Source: Myxococcota bacterium | GTDB taxonomy: Bacteria > Myxococcota_A > UBA9160 > UBA4427 | DNA length: 64,000 bases | NCBI GenBank assembly: GCA_965250285.1 | Contig: OZ252299.1 | Location: 256,001-320,000 of the forward strand | Reading direction: 5' to 3' | Shown here: in pieces, positions 20,001 through 29,842 of the stretch | How positions within the stretch are numbered: the stretch's first letter is position 1 | Layout: each line of letters begins with the position of its first letter | Position numbers and translations under genes: made by a program | Notes under the pieces: generated by a model | Databases searched by the model: none | Seen by the model: the letters and a program-made list of their open reading frames with translations, nothing else | What the model was told of the DNA's origin: nothing

Positions 20001-21395
20001 TCAGCCCTTCGGCAGCTCGAGCTCGATGGTGCCGGTGACGTGGGGCCCCATCTTGTTCAGGCCCTGGATCTGAACGGTGACCTTGCCGTCGGGCGACTTC
20101 TCGGTGACCTGGCCCGTCATCGTCATGGTGTCATAGGGGTAGTTCGGCACGCCGAGCCGGATGGCGAGCTTGGTCAGCTTTGCGTCGGGACCGGCCCAGT
20201 CGGTGACGTAGCGCGCCGACAGTCCGCTCGAGGTCAGGATGTTCATGAAGATGTCCGGCGACCCGCGCTGAATCGCGAGGTCGCGATCGTGGTGGACATC
20301 TTGGTAGTCGCGAGATGCGATCGCCGTCGCGACGATGAGCGTGGGCGTGATCGGGATCGGCAAGGGGCCCAGCGCGTCGCCGACACTCACATCGCCGATG
20401 CCGAGCGTCGTCTCGCGGCGCCGCTGGGCGCACGGTCGGAACACCGGCAGCCGGGCGCCATCGGCGCCGCGCTCGATGTAGCACTCGACCTCGATCCCCA
20501 CCTCGACGTCGTCCGGCGCGATGCCCGCCACGTTGGCGATGAGGCGCGTGCCTTCTTCGAGCTGCACGAGCACGACCGGCAGGGGATACTCGAAGCCCGG
20601 TACCTGGGGATGGTTCACCTCGACGTGGCTGTAGATCACGCCGCGACCGCTCGACACCGTGTGGCCCAGCTCGTACGAGCCGCACTCGGGGCACCGAACC
20701 ACGGGCGGGTGGTGGAGCGATCCGCAGCTCTCGCACTGCTGAATGCGCAGCTCACCCTCTTCGAGGCCGTCCCAGAAGAACTTCGTGTCGCGGCTGACGC
20801 CCGGTTTCGGTCGCGGCACGACGGCCGGGGCCGCGCTCGGGTCGGCTGCGGCCATGCGGCCCGTGCCCGGCTTGAACTTGAGGATCTTGAAGGTCATCGA
20901 TCCGACCTTCTCGCCGGATTGGTTGGTGTACTCCGTCTCGCTGGTGACGAAGTGGCCGATGCCGAGCGCTGTCTTCTTCTCGTCGGAGACGCTCGACACG
21001 TACGAGCTCATGTGGAGCTCGTCGCCGAGCTCGAGGTAGCGCGTGTACTCGTGCGCCGAATCGGTCGCGACCACCGAGGTGAAGCCGGCGGCGTCGAGCA
21101 TCGCGTAGACCTTGCCTGCCGGATCGACGCGGACCGCTTCGGGGTCGCGGCCCTTGAGGCCGGGCATTCCCCACGCGTTCAGCATGGCAGGCGGCGCGAC
21201 GATCTGGCCGAAGGGAGATGTCGCAGCCACCGCCGGGTCGACGTAGTTCGGGTTCTCGTCGCCCATCGCGTCGCACCAGTGGCGAATCATCGGCTGGTTG
21301 ACCGGGTCGCGGGCGATCGTCGTCGGGCTGCGTTCGCCGACGAGGGCACGCATGCGTGCGACGAGCTCCGAGGTCGGGGCTTCTTCGTTGCTCAA
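20001..21395 (-). CDS. Fused steroid acyl-CoA hydratase: MaoC-like + DUF35 OB-fold (ChsH2) + MaoC (ChsH1)
   Basis: RDPVNQPMIRHWCDAMGDENP; CESC...CPEC zinc ribbon; RDYQDVHHDRDLA..GSPDIFMNILT; TTG start after GGAGGAG. Confidence 0.85.
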   Translation of the reverse strand: MSNEEAPTSELVARMRALVGERSPTTIARDPVNQPMIRHWCDAMGDENPNYVDPAVAATSPFGQIVAPPAMLNAWGMPGLKGRDPEAVRVDPAGKVYAMLDAAGFTSVVATDSAHEYTRYLELGDELHMSSYVSSVSDEKKTALGIGHFVTSETEYTNQSGEKVGSMTFKILKFKPGTGRMAAADPSAAPAVVPRPKPGVSRDTKFFWDGLEEGELRIQQCESCGSLHHPPVVRCPECGSYELGHTVSSGRGVIYSHVEVNHPQVPGFEYPLPVVLVQLEEGTRLIANVAGIAPDDVEVGIEVECYIERGADGARLPVFRPCAQRRRETTLGIGDVSVGDALGPLPIPITPTLIVATAIASRDYQDVHHDRDLAIQRGSPDIFMNILTSSGLSARYVTDWAGPDAKLTKLAIRLGVPNYPYDTMTMTGQVTEKSPDGKVTVQIQGLNKMGPHVTGTIELELPKG

Positions 21396-21517
21396 GGCGT
21401 CTCCTCCACCACAGCGGGCTCGGTCGAGTTCGAAGCGGGGTGCGCGTCATCGCACCCGAGCGCGCGCCGGGCGTTCGTCGCGCGCCCGGCATCGACCGAG
21501 CCATCGAAGCTAGCCGA

Positions 21518-22540
21518 TCAGGTCATCGATTCGAGCGCTGCCTCACCCGGTGAGCAAGCGTCGAGCAGCGCGGTTCTGTCTGCGGCCGAGAGCCGTGGGA
21601 GCCGAGACCGCGGTTGGCCACGGACGAGCGCGGCGGCGCGCTCGAGCCAGTCGGGTCGTTCGGGCAGCTCGAAGAACCGGGCAATTCGTTCGAGCGTCTC
21701 GCCCGGCGCGTCGATCATCGCCTCGAACGAGACGACGAGCAGGCGATCGCCGGGCAGGTCGGTGAGGCCAGCCGCGCCGCGCTCGATCTGGTCGCTCCAG
21801 TAGCGGCCGAAGGCCTCGACCGAGGGGCGTGAGGCGAGGATGCGGCTGATGGTGTCGTCGCCCGACGGCGCGCCGAAGAGGTCGAGGGGCGGGCAATCCG
21901 AAACGCGGATCCCGGGCTCGATCTCGACGTCGTAGAGCAGGGAGATCGGCAGTCGATACGCATGATGCTCGCGCATCGAGAGGGCGACCTCGGGACCGCT
22001 GCGATGAATGTGCACGAAGCGTGCATCGTCGAAGACCCGCACGAGGTCGCCGGCATAGTCGATGCTCGAGCCCGACCGTTCGATCCAGCAGGGTCGAGCC
22101 GCTCGTTCGCCGAGCCAGGCGAAGAGCGCGCGGTGGTGGTCGGCGGCGCTTCGCTCGGGTTGGGCGCCCGCCCACGCCAGAGCCCGGTCGAAGAGCGCAT
22201 CGGGCGCATCGTCGAGTCGCGGCAGCATCGTCACGAGCAGCCAGGGCAGGGCATCGTCCCGCGCATAGCGCCCATCGCTCGGGCCTTCAGGGGCATCGGC
22301 GTAGGGATAGATGACCTCTTCGACCGGGTAGCCCCGCCGCACGACGGCGTTCAGTACGGGCTGCACGGCCGCGATGCGCTCGGCGAAGACCGCACCCGAC
22401 ACGGGCGTCGGGTCGAAGCGCGTCCCCATGTCGAACCCGTTGAAATACTCGAAGATGCTCAGCACATCGGGGTGTTCGCCGACCATGCGCGAGAGAAGCG
22501 TCGATCCGCACCGGCCTGTGCCGACGATGAAGCGATCCAA
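21518..22540 (-). CDS. Sulfotransferase family protein
   Basis: 5'-PSB loop GTGRCGSTLL; FVHIHRSGPEVALS 3'-PB motif; TTG start after GGGAGG. Confidence 0.8.
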   Translation of the reverse strand: MDRFIVGTGRCGSTLLSRMVGEHPDVLSIFEYFNGFDMGTRFDPTPVSGAVFAERIAAVQPVLNAVVRRGYPVEEVIYPYADAPEGPSDGRYARDDALPWLLVTMLPRLDDAPDALFDRALAWAGAQPERSAADHHRALFAWLGERAARPCWIERSGSSIDYAGDLVRVFDDARFVHIHRSGPEVALSMREHHAYRLPISLLYDVEIEPGIRVSDCPPLDLFGAPSGDDTISRILASRPSVEAFGRYWSDQIERGAAGLTDLPGDRLLVVSFEAMIDAPGETLERIARFFELPERPDWLERAAALVRGQPRSRLPRLSAADRTALLDACSPGEAALESMT

Positions 22541-22627
22541 GAGGCCTCCCGGGGCGGGGGCTGCGCGCCCGCGAGCGCCGAGTCTACCTTCTCGTCGCAA
22601 ACGTCCCCCTCACCCCAGGAGCCCTGC

Positions 22628-23833
22628 ATGGCGACCTTCGAAGACCCCGACGTGATGAGTGGCGAGGCGTGGGGCGATCTCTGCGATGCAATCCGTCGCG
22701 CCGGGGATCGGGTGCTGGCCGACGGGATCGACGCGTCGCCGCGCATGCGCGCCGAGGGGTTTCGCTACCTGACCCGATTTCTTGCGGCGGGCATCGTCGG
22801 GTGCGTCACCCACGACGACCCGGCGCAGCCGGTGTTCGGTCGCCTGATGGACATCACGATGCCGTGGGGGCTCGACAACCCCGACTGTCTCTATCTCTAC
22901 GCGCCACTCGAGCCCGGCGCGGTCTACCGGGTCTTCGGCGATCGTGGCACGGCCCGTCACATCGACCTGCAGGTGAACTTCGGGCACTTCGCCGAGGGAG
23001 AGATCGCGAAGTGGGGCACGATCGCGTCGATCGACGGTCCGGGCCTCGAGGCGGACGAGAACGGCATGTTCGAGCTGCGGCTGGGCGGCCGACCCGCGCC
23101 CGGCGGCCCGCCGATGCTGCCGCTCGGTGACGACGCGCAGTTTCTGCTCGTGCGTCAGTACTTCGATGCCTGGGCGACCGAGCGGCCCGCCGATCTGCTG
23201 ATCGAGCGCGAGGATGGCGCGATCCCCGCCCCGCCGCCGACGACGCGCTTCGTCGGCGAGCGCCTGCGCAAGCTCGTGCGCTGGCTCGATCGCGGGGGCC
23301 TGCTCTGGGAGAACATGAGCCGCGGGTTCGTCGGGATGGATCCGAACTCGATCCTCATGCACCGCGCCGATCTCGCAGCCGAGCGAGCTGGGCTGCGGGG
23401 GCAGACCTACGGCATGGGCAACTTCCACTGCGCGCCGGGGGAGGGCGTGCTCGTCGAGTTCGAAGTGCCTCGGTGCCATCATTTCGGCGTCGCGCTCGCC
23501 AACGAGTACTGGGAGTGCATCGAGTTCGCGACGCACCAATCCTCACTCAATCGCTCGCAGAGCGCGATCGACGAAGACGGCGTGTTTCGAGCCGTGATCG
23601 CCCACGACGATCCGGGGATCGCGAACTGGCTCGATCCGGCGGGCCTCGAGCGCGGCACGTTGACGGTGCGGTTCCTCGCGGCCGACGAAACGCCCGACGT
23701 TCGACTCGAGCGCGCGCCCATCGACGCGCTGCTCGCTCGGCTCCCCGCGACGACGGTCCGCATGGATGCGGCCGAACGTCGCGCCGCGCTCGTCGCGCGG
23801 CGACGGGCCGTCCACCGGCGGTATCGGCGCTGA
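22628..23833 (+). CDS. DUF1214 domain-containing protein
   Basis: RAEGFRYLTR, WGLDNPDCLY, LVRQYF, HQSSLN, DPGIANWLD. Confidence 0.8.
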   Translation: MATFEDPDVMSGEAWGDLCDAIRRAGDRVLADGIDASPRMRAEGFRYLTRFLAAGIVGCVTHDDPAQPVFGRLMDITMPWGLDNPDCLYLYAPLEPGAVYRVFGDRGTARHIDLQVNFGHFAEGEIAKWGTIASIDGPGLEADENGMFELRLGGRPAPGGPPMLPLGDDAQFLLVRQYFDAWATERPADLLIEREDGAIPAPPPTTRFVGERLRKLVRWLDRGGLLWENMSRGFVGMDPNSILMHRADLAAERAGLRGQTYGMGNFHCAPGEGVLVEFEVPRCHHFGVALANEYWECIEFATHQSSLNRSQSAIDEDGVFRAVIAHDDPGIANWLDPAGLERGTLTVRFLAADETPDVRLERAPIDALLARLPATTVRMDAAERRAALVARRRAVHRRYRR

Positions 23834-24022
23834 GCGCTCGACCCCTCTGCGTGCACCCGTGAGAATCAACGGTCGCGCGGGGCGGCGGCTGGCTATGCTG
23901 CCGGGGCCGGTACGCTCCCGCTCGGGTGTGCCCGGCGCGTGGCCATCGGCTCACTCGATGAACGCGCCCACCCCCCGCCCCGGATCGTCGCGCCGACGAA
24001 CCGACCTTCGAAGGAGTCGTTC

Positions 24023-24673
24023 GTGAAGTTCTACAACTCGCTCGGGCCCAACCCCCGGCTCGTCCGCATGTTCCTGATCGAGAAGGGGCTCGAGATTCCC
24101 TTCGAAGAGGTCGACATCATGGGCGCCGAGAATCGACAGGATGCCTATCTCGCGAAGTACTCGATGGGCGAGCTGCCTTGCCTCGAGCTCGACGATGGCA
24201 CGGTCATCGGCCAGACGATCGCGATCTGCGAGTACATCGAAGAGACGCAGGGGGGGACGCCGCTGGTCGGTGCGACGCCCGAAGAACGCGCGCTCACGCG
24301 CATGTGGATCCGCAGTATCGAGGCGAAGGTCAACAACCCGATGACCGACGGGTTTCGCTGGGCCGAGGGCCTGGCCATGTTCAAGGAGCGGCGCTTCACG
24401 GCGCCCGACGCCGCCGACGCGATGAAGGCGCAGGCGCGCCACGGGCTGCAGTGGCTCGATGCTCAGCTGGCCGGCCGCGACACGGTGACCGGCGGCGCCT
24501 TCGGCCTGGCCGACATCCTGCTGTACTGCTTCCTCGACTTCGGCGCCGGGGTCGGTCAGCCCTTCGACCCGAGCCTCGGCAATGTGAAGCAGTGGTTCGA
24601 CGCCGTCGCGGGCCGCGACTCGGCCGAGGCGAGCCTGCACCCGGTGGCGGCTGCCGGTGGCATGCGTGCGTAG
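24023..24673 (+). CDS. Glutathione S-transferase family protein
   Basis: GPNPRLVRMFLIEKG, LPCLELDDG, AICEYIEE, FGLADI; GTG start after AAGGAG. Confidence 0.9.
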   Translation: MKFYNSLGPNPRLVRMFLIEKGLEIPFEEVDIMGAENRQDAYLAKYSMGELPCLELDDGTVIGQTIAICEYIEETQGGTPLVGATPEERALTRMWIRSIEAKVNNPMTDGFRWAEGLAMFKERRFTAPDAADAMKAQARHGLQWLDAQLAGRDTVTGGAFGLADILLYCFLDFGAGVGQPFDPSLGNVKQWFDAVAGRDSAEASLHPVAAAGGMRA

Positions 24674-25745
24674 TCCGCGCGCGAGCGCGCTCGCCCGAGC
24701 GAGTGCGCTCGCGCTGTTCGCCTGGCTCGTGGTCGGCGCGATCCCGACCTCGGCGCGGGCGCAGAGTTCTGCTGCGCCTTCCGCGTCGGACGGTGCGTCC
24801 GCGCCGTGGGCCCGTCCGCCGATCAATGTGCAGGGGGGCTTCACGCTCGACCGCGGCGAGGTCGTGCTCGCGTATCGCTTCGAGCGCGTCGGCAAGAACG
24901 GACTCCAGTCGGGCAAGCAGAAGATCGATCCGATGTCGGTCCTCGGCGTCTACGAGTCTGCGCCCGAGACCCTCGATCTCGATCGGCACGTCTTCAGCGC
25001 GCTGTGGTCGCCGGTCGAGGCGCTCACGCTGCAGGTCGATCTGCCCTTTCTGCGGACGTCTGCGGATCAGATCTACGTCGACCCGATCGATGGGCTCACC
25101 GGTTTCGAGACGCTCTCGAACGGCTTCGGCGACGTCGGCCTCTGGTTCCTATACCGCGTCTTCGAGGACGCCTACTCGAACCTGCATCTGAACCTGGGCC
25201 TCACGTTTCCTTCCGGCTCCATCGGCGAGGCTCAGCAGCTGCCGATCGGGAGCAACCCCGACGAGCTGCAGCGGCTCGCGTATCCATTGCAGCTCGGGTC
25301 GGGGACGGTCGATCTGCGGCCGGGCTTCACCTATCGCGGGCGCTATGCGCGTGCGGGGTGGGGCGTTCAGGCGCTCGCCGTCTTGCGCGCCGGCACGAAC
25401 CAGGCCGACTACATCCTCGGGAACGAGTACTCGGTGAAGGCCTGGGGCAGCTATGCCTGGAACGACTGGCTGGCGAACTCGTTCACGCTCGCCTGGAGTC
25501 AGCGCTTCGACACCAGCGGAGTGGACGAGCTGATCGATCCCGCGACGAGTCCGATGGCGGTCGCCGACCTGCAGGCGTACCGGCGGCTCGACGCGCTCTT
25601 CGGCCTCGCGATCACGCCGACGGGCGGTCGGCTCTCCCGAACCCGCTGGGTGCTCGATGCGGGGCTGCCCGCGTTCCAGGATCTCGACGGCCCGCAGCCG
25701 CGAACGAAGTGGCTGGTCCAGTTCGCGCTCGAGATCGCGATCTAG
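24666..25745 (+). CDS. Putative outer-membrane beta-barrel ('transporter', MetA/phenol-degradation-like)
   Basis: Signal peptide, GFGDV, YPLQLGSGT, LDGPQ, amphipathic C-terminal strand. Confidence 0.65.
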   Translation: MRSPRASALARASALALFAWLVVGAIPTSARAQSSAAPSASDGASAPWARPPINVQGGFTLDRGEVVLAYRFERVGKNGLQSGKQKIDPMSVLGVYESAPETLDLDRHVFSALWSPVEALTLQVDLPFLRTSADQIYVDPIDGLTGFETLSNGFGDVGLWFLYRVFEDAYSNLHLNLGLTFPSGSIGEAQQLPIGSNPDELQRLAYPLQLGSGTVDLRPGFTYRGRYARAGWGVQALAVLRAGTNQADYILGNEYSVKAWGSYAWNDWLANSFTLAWSQRFDTSGVDELIDPATSPMAVADLQAYRRLDALFGLAITPTGGRLSRTRWVLDAGLPAFQDLDGPQPRTKWLVQFALEIAI

Positions 25746-25806
25746 CGTCGATCAACGGGATGCTCGCGCTCGGTCGTCATTTCGAGCGCCGAAGCGAGCG
25801 GCCTCG

Positions 25807-26583
25807 TTACAGCGTGAACTCGGCGATCACGGGCGCATGGTCCGATGCCGTGAGTCCGTCGATCTTCTTGCGGAAGTCGCGGTCGACGTAGACCGCCTCG
25901 AGCCCCGTGCGGACAGGCTCGGTGGCGAGCACGAAGTCGATGCGCAGCCCGTGGCCGCGGTGGAACGAGCCGCCTCGATAGTCCCACCACGAGAAGCCCG
26001 GCTCGTCGGGATGCAGCACGCGAAACAGGTCGTGCAGGCCCCAGTCGATCAGCGATGCGATGCGTTCGCGTTCGGCATCGGTATGGAAGATCGCGTCGCG
26101 GTGGCCTTCGGCGTCCCAGCTGTCGAGGTCGGTCGGGCAGATGTTGAAGTCGCCGCACAGGATCGTGGGCTCGCTGGCATCGTGGCTCTCGTCGAGGTGG
26201 GCCCGGAGGCTCTCGAACCAGGCGAGCTTCTTCGGGTAGTCGTCGTGGTCGACGCTCTTGCCATTTGGACAGTACACCGTGGTGAAGCGCAGGCCGCCGA
26301 CCCGAGCCGAGATGAGCCGCGAGCCGAAGTCATCCTCGCCGGGCAGCCCGGTCTGCACGAGCTCACCCGGCTCTCGGCTCAGAATCGCGACGCCGTTCCA
26401 GGCCTTCTGGCCATAGGTCAGCGCGTGGTAGCCGAGCTCTCCGAAGACGTCGTGCGGAAACTGCTCGTCCTGCATCTTGAGCTCCTGGAACCCGACGACG
26501 TCGGGCTCGCGCGCTTCGAGCCACGCGCGTACGTAGTCGAGCCGGGCCCGCAGGCCATTCACGTTCCAGGTCGCGACGCGCAT
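25807..26583 (-). CDS. xth: Exodeoxyribonuclease III
   Basis: MRVATWNVNG, QELK, GDFNI, FSWWDYR, GLRID, SDHAPV. Confidence 0.95.
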   Translation of the reverse strand: MRVATWNVNGLRARLDYVRAWLEAREPDVVGFQELKMQDEQFPHDVFGELGYHALTYGQKAWNGVAILSREPGELVQTGLPGEDDFGSRLISARVGGLRFTTVYCPNGKSVDHDDYPKKLAWFESLRAHLDESHDASEPTILCGDFNICPTDLDSWDAEGHRDAIFHTDAERERIASLIDWGLHDLFRVLHPDEPGFSWWDYRGGSFHRGHGLRIDFVLATEPVRTGLEAVYVDRDFRKKIDGLTASDHAPVIAEFTL

Positions 26584-26588
26584 GCTCT

Positions 26589-27566
26589 TCATCCTCTCTC
26601 GTCGTGTGCCGCGCCGCGCTTCGTTCGGTCGGCGAGCGCGGCGTAGTCGACCTCCGTCAGCTCGATGCTGCGCTGCCAGAGCGCCTCGGCCAGCGTGTCG
26701 TCGCGCGCGCGCTCCGAGGGCTGCACCTTGACGGCGCGCTTCCCGCGCATCTGGAAGCGCCCCGACGGCGCGTAGTAGTCGCCATTTTCGCTGGTCGAAT
26801 CGGTCGCGGCTGCGACCGTCGGGATCGCGCCCTGGTCGGCCGATTGAGCGAGCAAGCGGTTGCCGAGGCGAAAGATGCGGTCGCGGAGGGAGGGCGTCTC
26901 GCGTTCGTCCTTGTCGGCGAGAAGGCTCGTCGCCGAGTAGCCCGGATGGGCGCCGACCGCGATCGGGCCGTCTTGGTAATCGGCGAGTCGGCCTGCCAGC
27001 GAGCGCAGATAGAGCAGGTTGGCGAGCTTGCTGTTCGCGTAGGCGCTCCAGCGGTTGTAGCTGTGCTCGCCCTGCAGATCGTCGAGATCGACGCGACCTG
27101 CGGTGTGGGCGTTGCTGCCGACCTGCACGATGCGCGACCTGGGGGTCGCGAGCAGCGGTTCGAGCAGCTGACCAGCGAGCGCGAAGTGCCCGAGGTGATT
27201 GATGCCCATGTGCATCTCGAAACCGTCGCGCGTGAGCGTGCGCGGCAGGCCCATGACGCCGGCGTTGTGGCAGAGCACATCGAGTCGATCCAGCCGCGCA
27301 CACAGTCGCCCAGCGAGGTCGGCCACCGACGAAAGGTCGGCGAGGTCGAGCGCTTCGAACTCGAGTCGGGCCTTCGGGTCGTGCTGTTTCAGGTAGTCGA
27401 TGGCCCGCGCGGCCTTCGGCTCGGATCGGCACGCGAGGACGACGTGCGCCCCGCGAGCGGCGAGCTGTCGGGTCGCGGCGAGGCCGATGCCGCTGTTCGC
27501 CCCGGTCACGACGACCGTGCGCCCCTCGAGGTCGCGCTGCGCGGGCTCTGCGGCTCGGTCGTTCAT
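26589..27566 (-). CDS. SDR oxidoreductase (retinol dehydrogenase-like)
   Basis: TGANSGIG, NHLGHF, YANSKLAN, AHPG. Confidence 0.9.
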   Translation of the reverse strand: MNDRAAEPAQRDLEGRTVVVTGANSGIGLAATRQLAARGAHVVLACRSEPKAARAIDYLKQHDPKARLEFEALDLADLSSVADLAGRLCARLDRLDVLCHNAGVMGLPRTLTRDGFEMHMGINHLGHFALAGQLLEPLLATPRSRIVQVGSNAHTAGRVDLDDLQGEHSYNRWSAYANSKLANLLYLRSLAGRLADYQDGPIAVGAHPGYSATSLLADKDERETPSLRDRIFRLGNRLLAQSADQGAIPTVAAATDSTSENGDYYAPSGRFQMRGKRAVKVQPSERARDDTLAEALWQRSIELTEVDYAALADRTKRGAAHDERG

Positions 27567-27772
27567 CACGCTCCGTCTCGGGCAGCGGGGGCTCGCGCCA
27601 TGCGCGCGCAACGGCAGCGAGGAAGGGCCCGATCGGCCCGTGTGCCCCCGCGGCGGCACGGTAGCAGGCTCGTCCGCGGTCTCGTCCAGATCCGTGGGCC
27701 TCCGACGATGCGCTGCGTCCGATATGCTCTGGCGCTGGGTTCGAGCCCATACCCGCGCCCGGGAGGATCGTC

Positions 27773-28435
27773 ATGTTCTTCAAGAAAGACCCTCGCATGC
27801 CCACCGCCGAAGAGGCCTTTCCGGGGCGCGAAGCCCGAATGCCGGTGGCCTCGACCCATCTCGTGACGGGTGAGCCCATGGAGCCCGACCTCGATGGTCT
27901 CGAGGAGGCGATCTTCGGGCTCGGCTGCTTCTGGGGGGCCGAGCGCAAGTTCTGGCAGATGGACGGCGTGGTCACGACCGCGGTCGGCTACGCCGGTGGA
28001 TTCACACCCAACCCGACCTACGAAGAGGTGTGCACCGGTCGCACCGGGCATACCGAGGTCGTCCGCGTGGTGTACGACCCGAAGCGCGTCTCGTTCGCCG
28101 CGCTGCTCTCGATGTTCTGGGAGAGCCACGACCCGACCCAGGGCATGCGCCAGGGCAACGACGTCGGCACGCAGTACCGGTCGGTGATCCATGCGACGAG
28201 CGACGAGCAGCTTCGCGTCGCGCTCGCCTCGAAGGAAGCGTTCGAGAAGCGCCTCGGCGAGGCCGGCTACGGCGCGATCACGACAGAGATCGTTCCGGCG
28301 CCTGCGTTCTACTTCGCCGAGGACTATCACCAGCAGTATCTCGCGAAGAATCCGAACGGCTACTGCGGTCTCGGCGGCACCGGTGTGTGCGTGGCCGAGG
28401 GCGAGATCGAAGCCGCGAGCGGCGAGGCGCCCTGA
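27773..28435 (+). CDS. msrA: Peptide-methionine (S)-S-oxide reductase
   Basis: [34 protein letters not shown]. Confidence 0.97.
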   Translation: MFFKKDPRMPTAEEAFPGREARMPVASTHLVTGEPMEPDLDGLEEAIFGLGCFWGAERKFWQMDGVVTTAVGYAGGFTPNPTYEEVCTGRTGHTEVVRVVYDPKRVSFAALLSMFWESHDPTQGMRQGNDVGTQYRSVIHATSDEQLRVALASKEAFEKRLGEAGYGAITTEIVPAPAFYFAEDYHQQYLAKNPNGYCGLGGTGVCVAEGEIEAASGEAP

Positions 28436-28447
28436 GCCCAAGCCAGG

Positions 28448-29257
28448 TCAGGCGAGATACATCCCCGCATTGATCTGGTAGATCTGACCGGTGACGAAGC
28501 CGAGCGTGCGGGCGTCGGCGAGGGCGGCAACGGCCGAGGCCATCTCGCGCGGTTCGGCGATCCGGCCGAGCAGTGTGCCGCGCTCCATCGCCTTCTTCAC
28601 CTCGGGCGGGACGGCCGCGAGCATCGGCGTGTCGACCGGGCCCGGCGCGATCGCGTTCACGCGGGCGCGATAGCCCGAGAACTCGAGTGCAGTGGTCCGC
28701 GTCATCGCTTCGATGGCGCCCTTCGCGGCCGTGTAGTCGATCTGGCCGACGTTGCCGCTGCGCGCGCTCACCGACGAGAAGTTCACGATGAACCGGTTCA
28801 CGCCATCGTCGAGCGGTGTGTTGCCGTTCTGCTTGAAGAGCGGATGCCAGTGCTGCGCGGCGACTTCGCGCGTGAACAGGAACGTGCCGTGCACGTGCAC
28901 GCCCATGACGAATTTGAAGTCGTCGTAGCTCTTCTTCGCGATGCGGGCGTCCTTGGTGACGCCGGCCACGTTGACGACGCCGTTGATCGTGCCCGTTGCC
29001 TCGAGCGCCATTCCGACGGCGCGCTTCACGTCTTCTTCTTCGGTGACGTTGGCCGGGGCGATGACCGGCTCGACCTGCGCGTCGTCCGCGAGGGCCGCGC
29101 GCGCGTCGGCGAGGCGCCCTTCGTCGAGGTCGACCATCACGACCTGCGCGCCGTGCTTCGCGAGCATGCCTGCGACCGCGTGGCCAATGCCCTGGGCGGC
29201 GCCGGTCACGATGTGGGTTTCGCCGATGAAGGCGTCGCTTCGGAGGACGGGATCCAT
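28448..29257 (-). CDS. SDR oxidoreductase (FabG-like)
   Basis: TGAAQGIG, GNVGQIDYTAAKG, NAIAPG. Confidence 0.9.
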   Translation of the reverse strand: MDPVLRSDAFIGETHIVTGAAQGIGHAVAGMLAKHGAQVVMVDLDEGRLADARAALADDAQVEPVIAPANVTEEEDVKRAVGMALEATGTINGVVNVAGVTKDARIAKKSYDDFKFVMGVHVHGTFLFTREVAAQHWHPLFKQNGNTPLDDGVNRFIVNFSSVSARSGNVGQIDYTAAKGAIEAMTRTTALEFSGYRARVNAIAPGPVDTPMLAAVPPEVKKAMERGTLLGRIAEPREMASAVAALADARTLGFVTGQIYQINAGMYLA

Positions 29258-29315
29258 GTCGGGCTCGATCTCTGTTCGTGTTTTTCGAGTGGGTCGGCTC
29301 GGGTGGCGGCGCGGC

Positions 29316-29735
29316 TCAGCTCTCGACGAGGTTCGCGAGGGCGGCGAGCGCGCCGGTGTAGGCACCGGTCATGGCGGGCTTCACGGCTTCGGCGTCGACC
29401 CCGTCGGGCGTCTCGAAGCGCGCGCTCCACTCGACCTTGCAGCCGCTCCCTTCAGGCTTGACCTCGATCGTGGCGAGATAGTCGATGACGGGCGCAGGGC
29501 CGTCGGTGATCGAGTACGAGAGGCTCTTCGCCGATGTGTCGTGGGCCTCGAGCCGCTCGACGACGCACGTCGTTTCGTTGAAGTAGAGCTTGCGGACGGC
29601 GCCGACGCCTTCGCCCTCGACTTCGTTCTTGGCGATGCCCGGCATCCAGTCGCCGAGGCCGGCAAAGTCGCCGAGCTTGCTCCAGACGGTATCGGCGTCC
29701 GCCGTGAAGCTGCGTTCCACGATGAAGTCGGCCAT
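29316..29735 (-). CDS. SRPBCC (polyketide cyclase-like) family protein
   Basis: VWSKLGDF, GVGAVR, LSYSI, VEWSARF. Confidence 0.85.
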   Translation of the reverse strand: MADFIVERSFTADADTVWSKLGDFAGLGDWMPGIAKNEVEGEGVGAVRKLYFNETTCVVERLEAHDTSAKSLSYSITDGPAPVIDYLATIEVKPEGSGCKVEWSARFETPDGVDAEAVKPAMTGAYTGALAALANLVES

Positions 29736-29842
29736 GGGGGTGTCCTTTCGGTCGTCTCGCGGACGCGTTCGCGTGCGCATTGGAAGGGGGTGTGGGGCGC
29801 GGAGTCTACCGAACGAAGCGGGCGGCGCCGCGGGGGAGCGGC

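Noticed and set aside
27773..28435. MsrA as a second selenoprotein
   Set aside because: The catalytic GCFWG is encoded with TGC; no in-frame TGA
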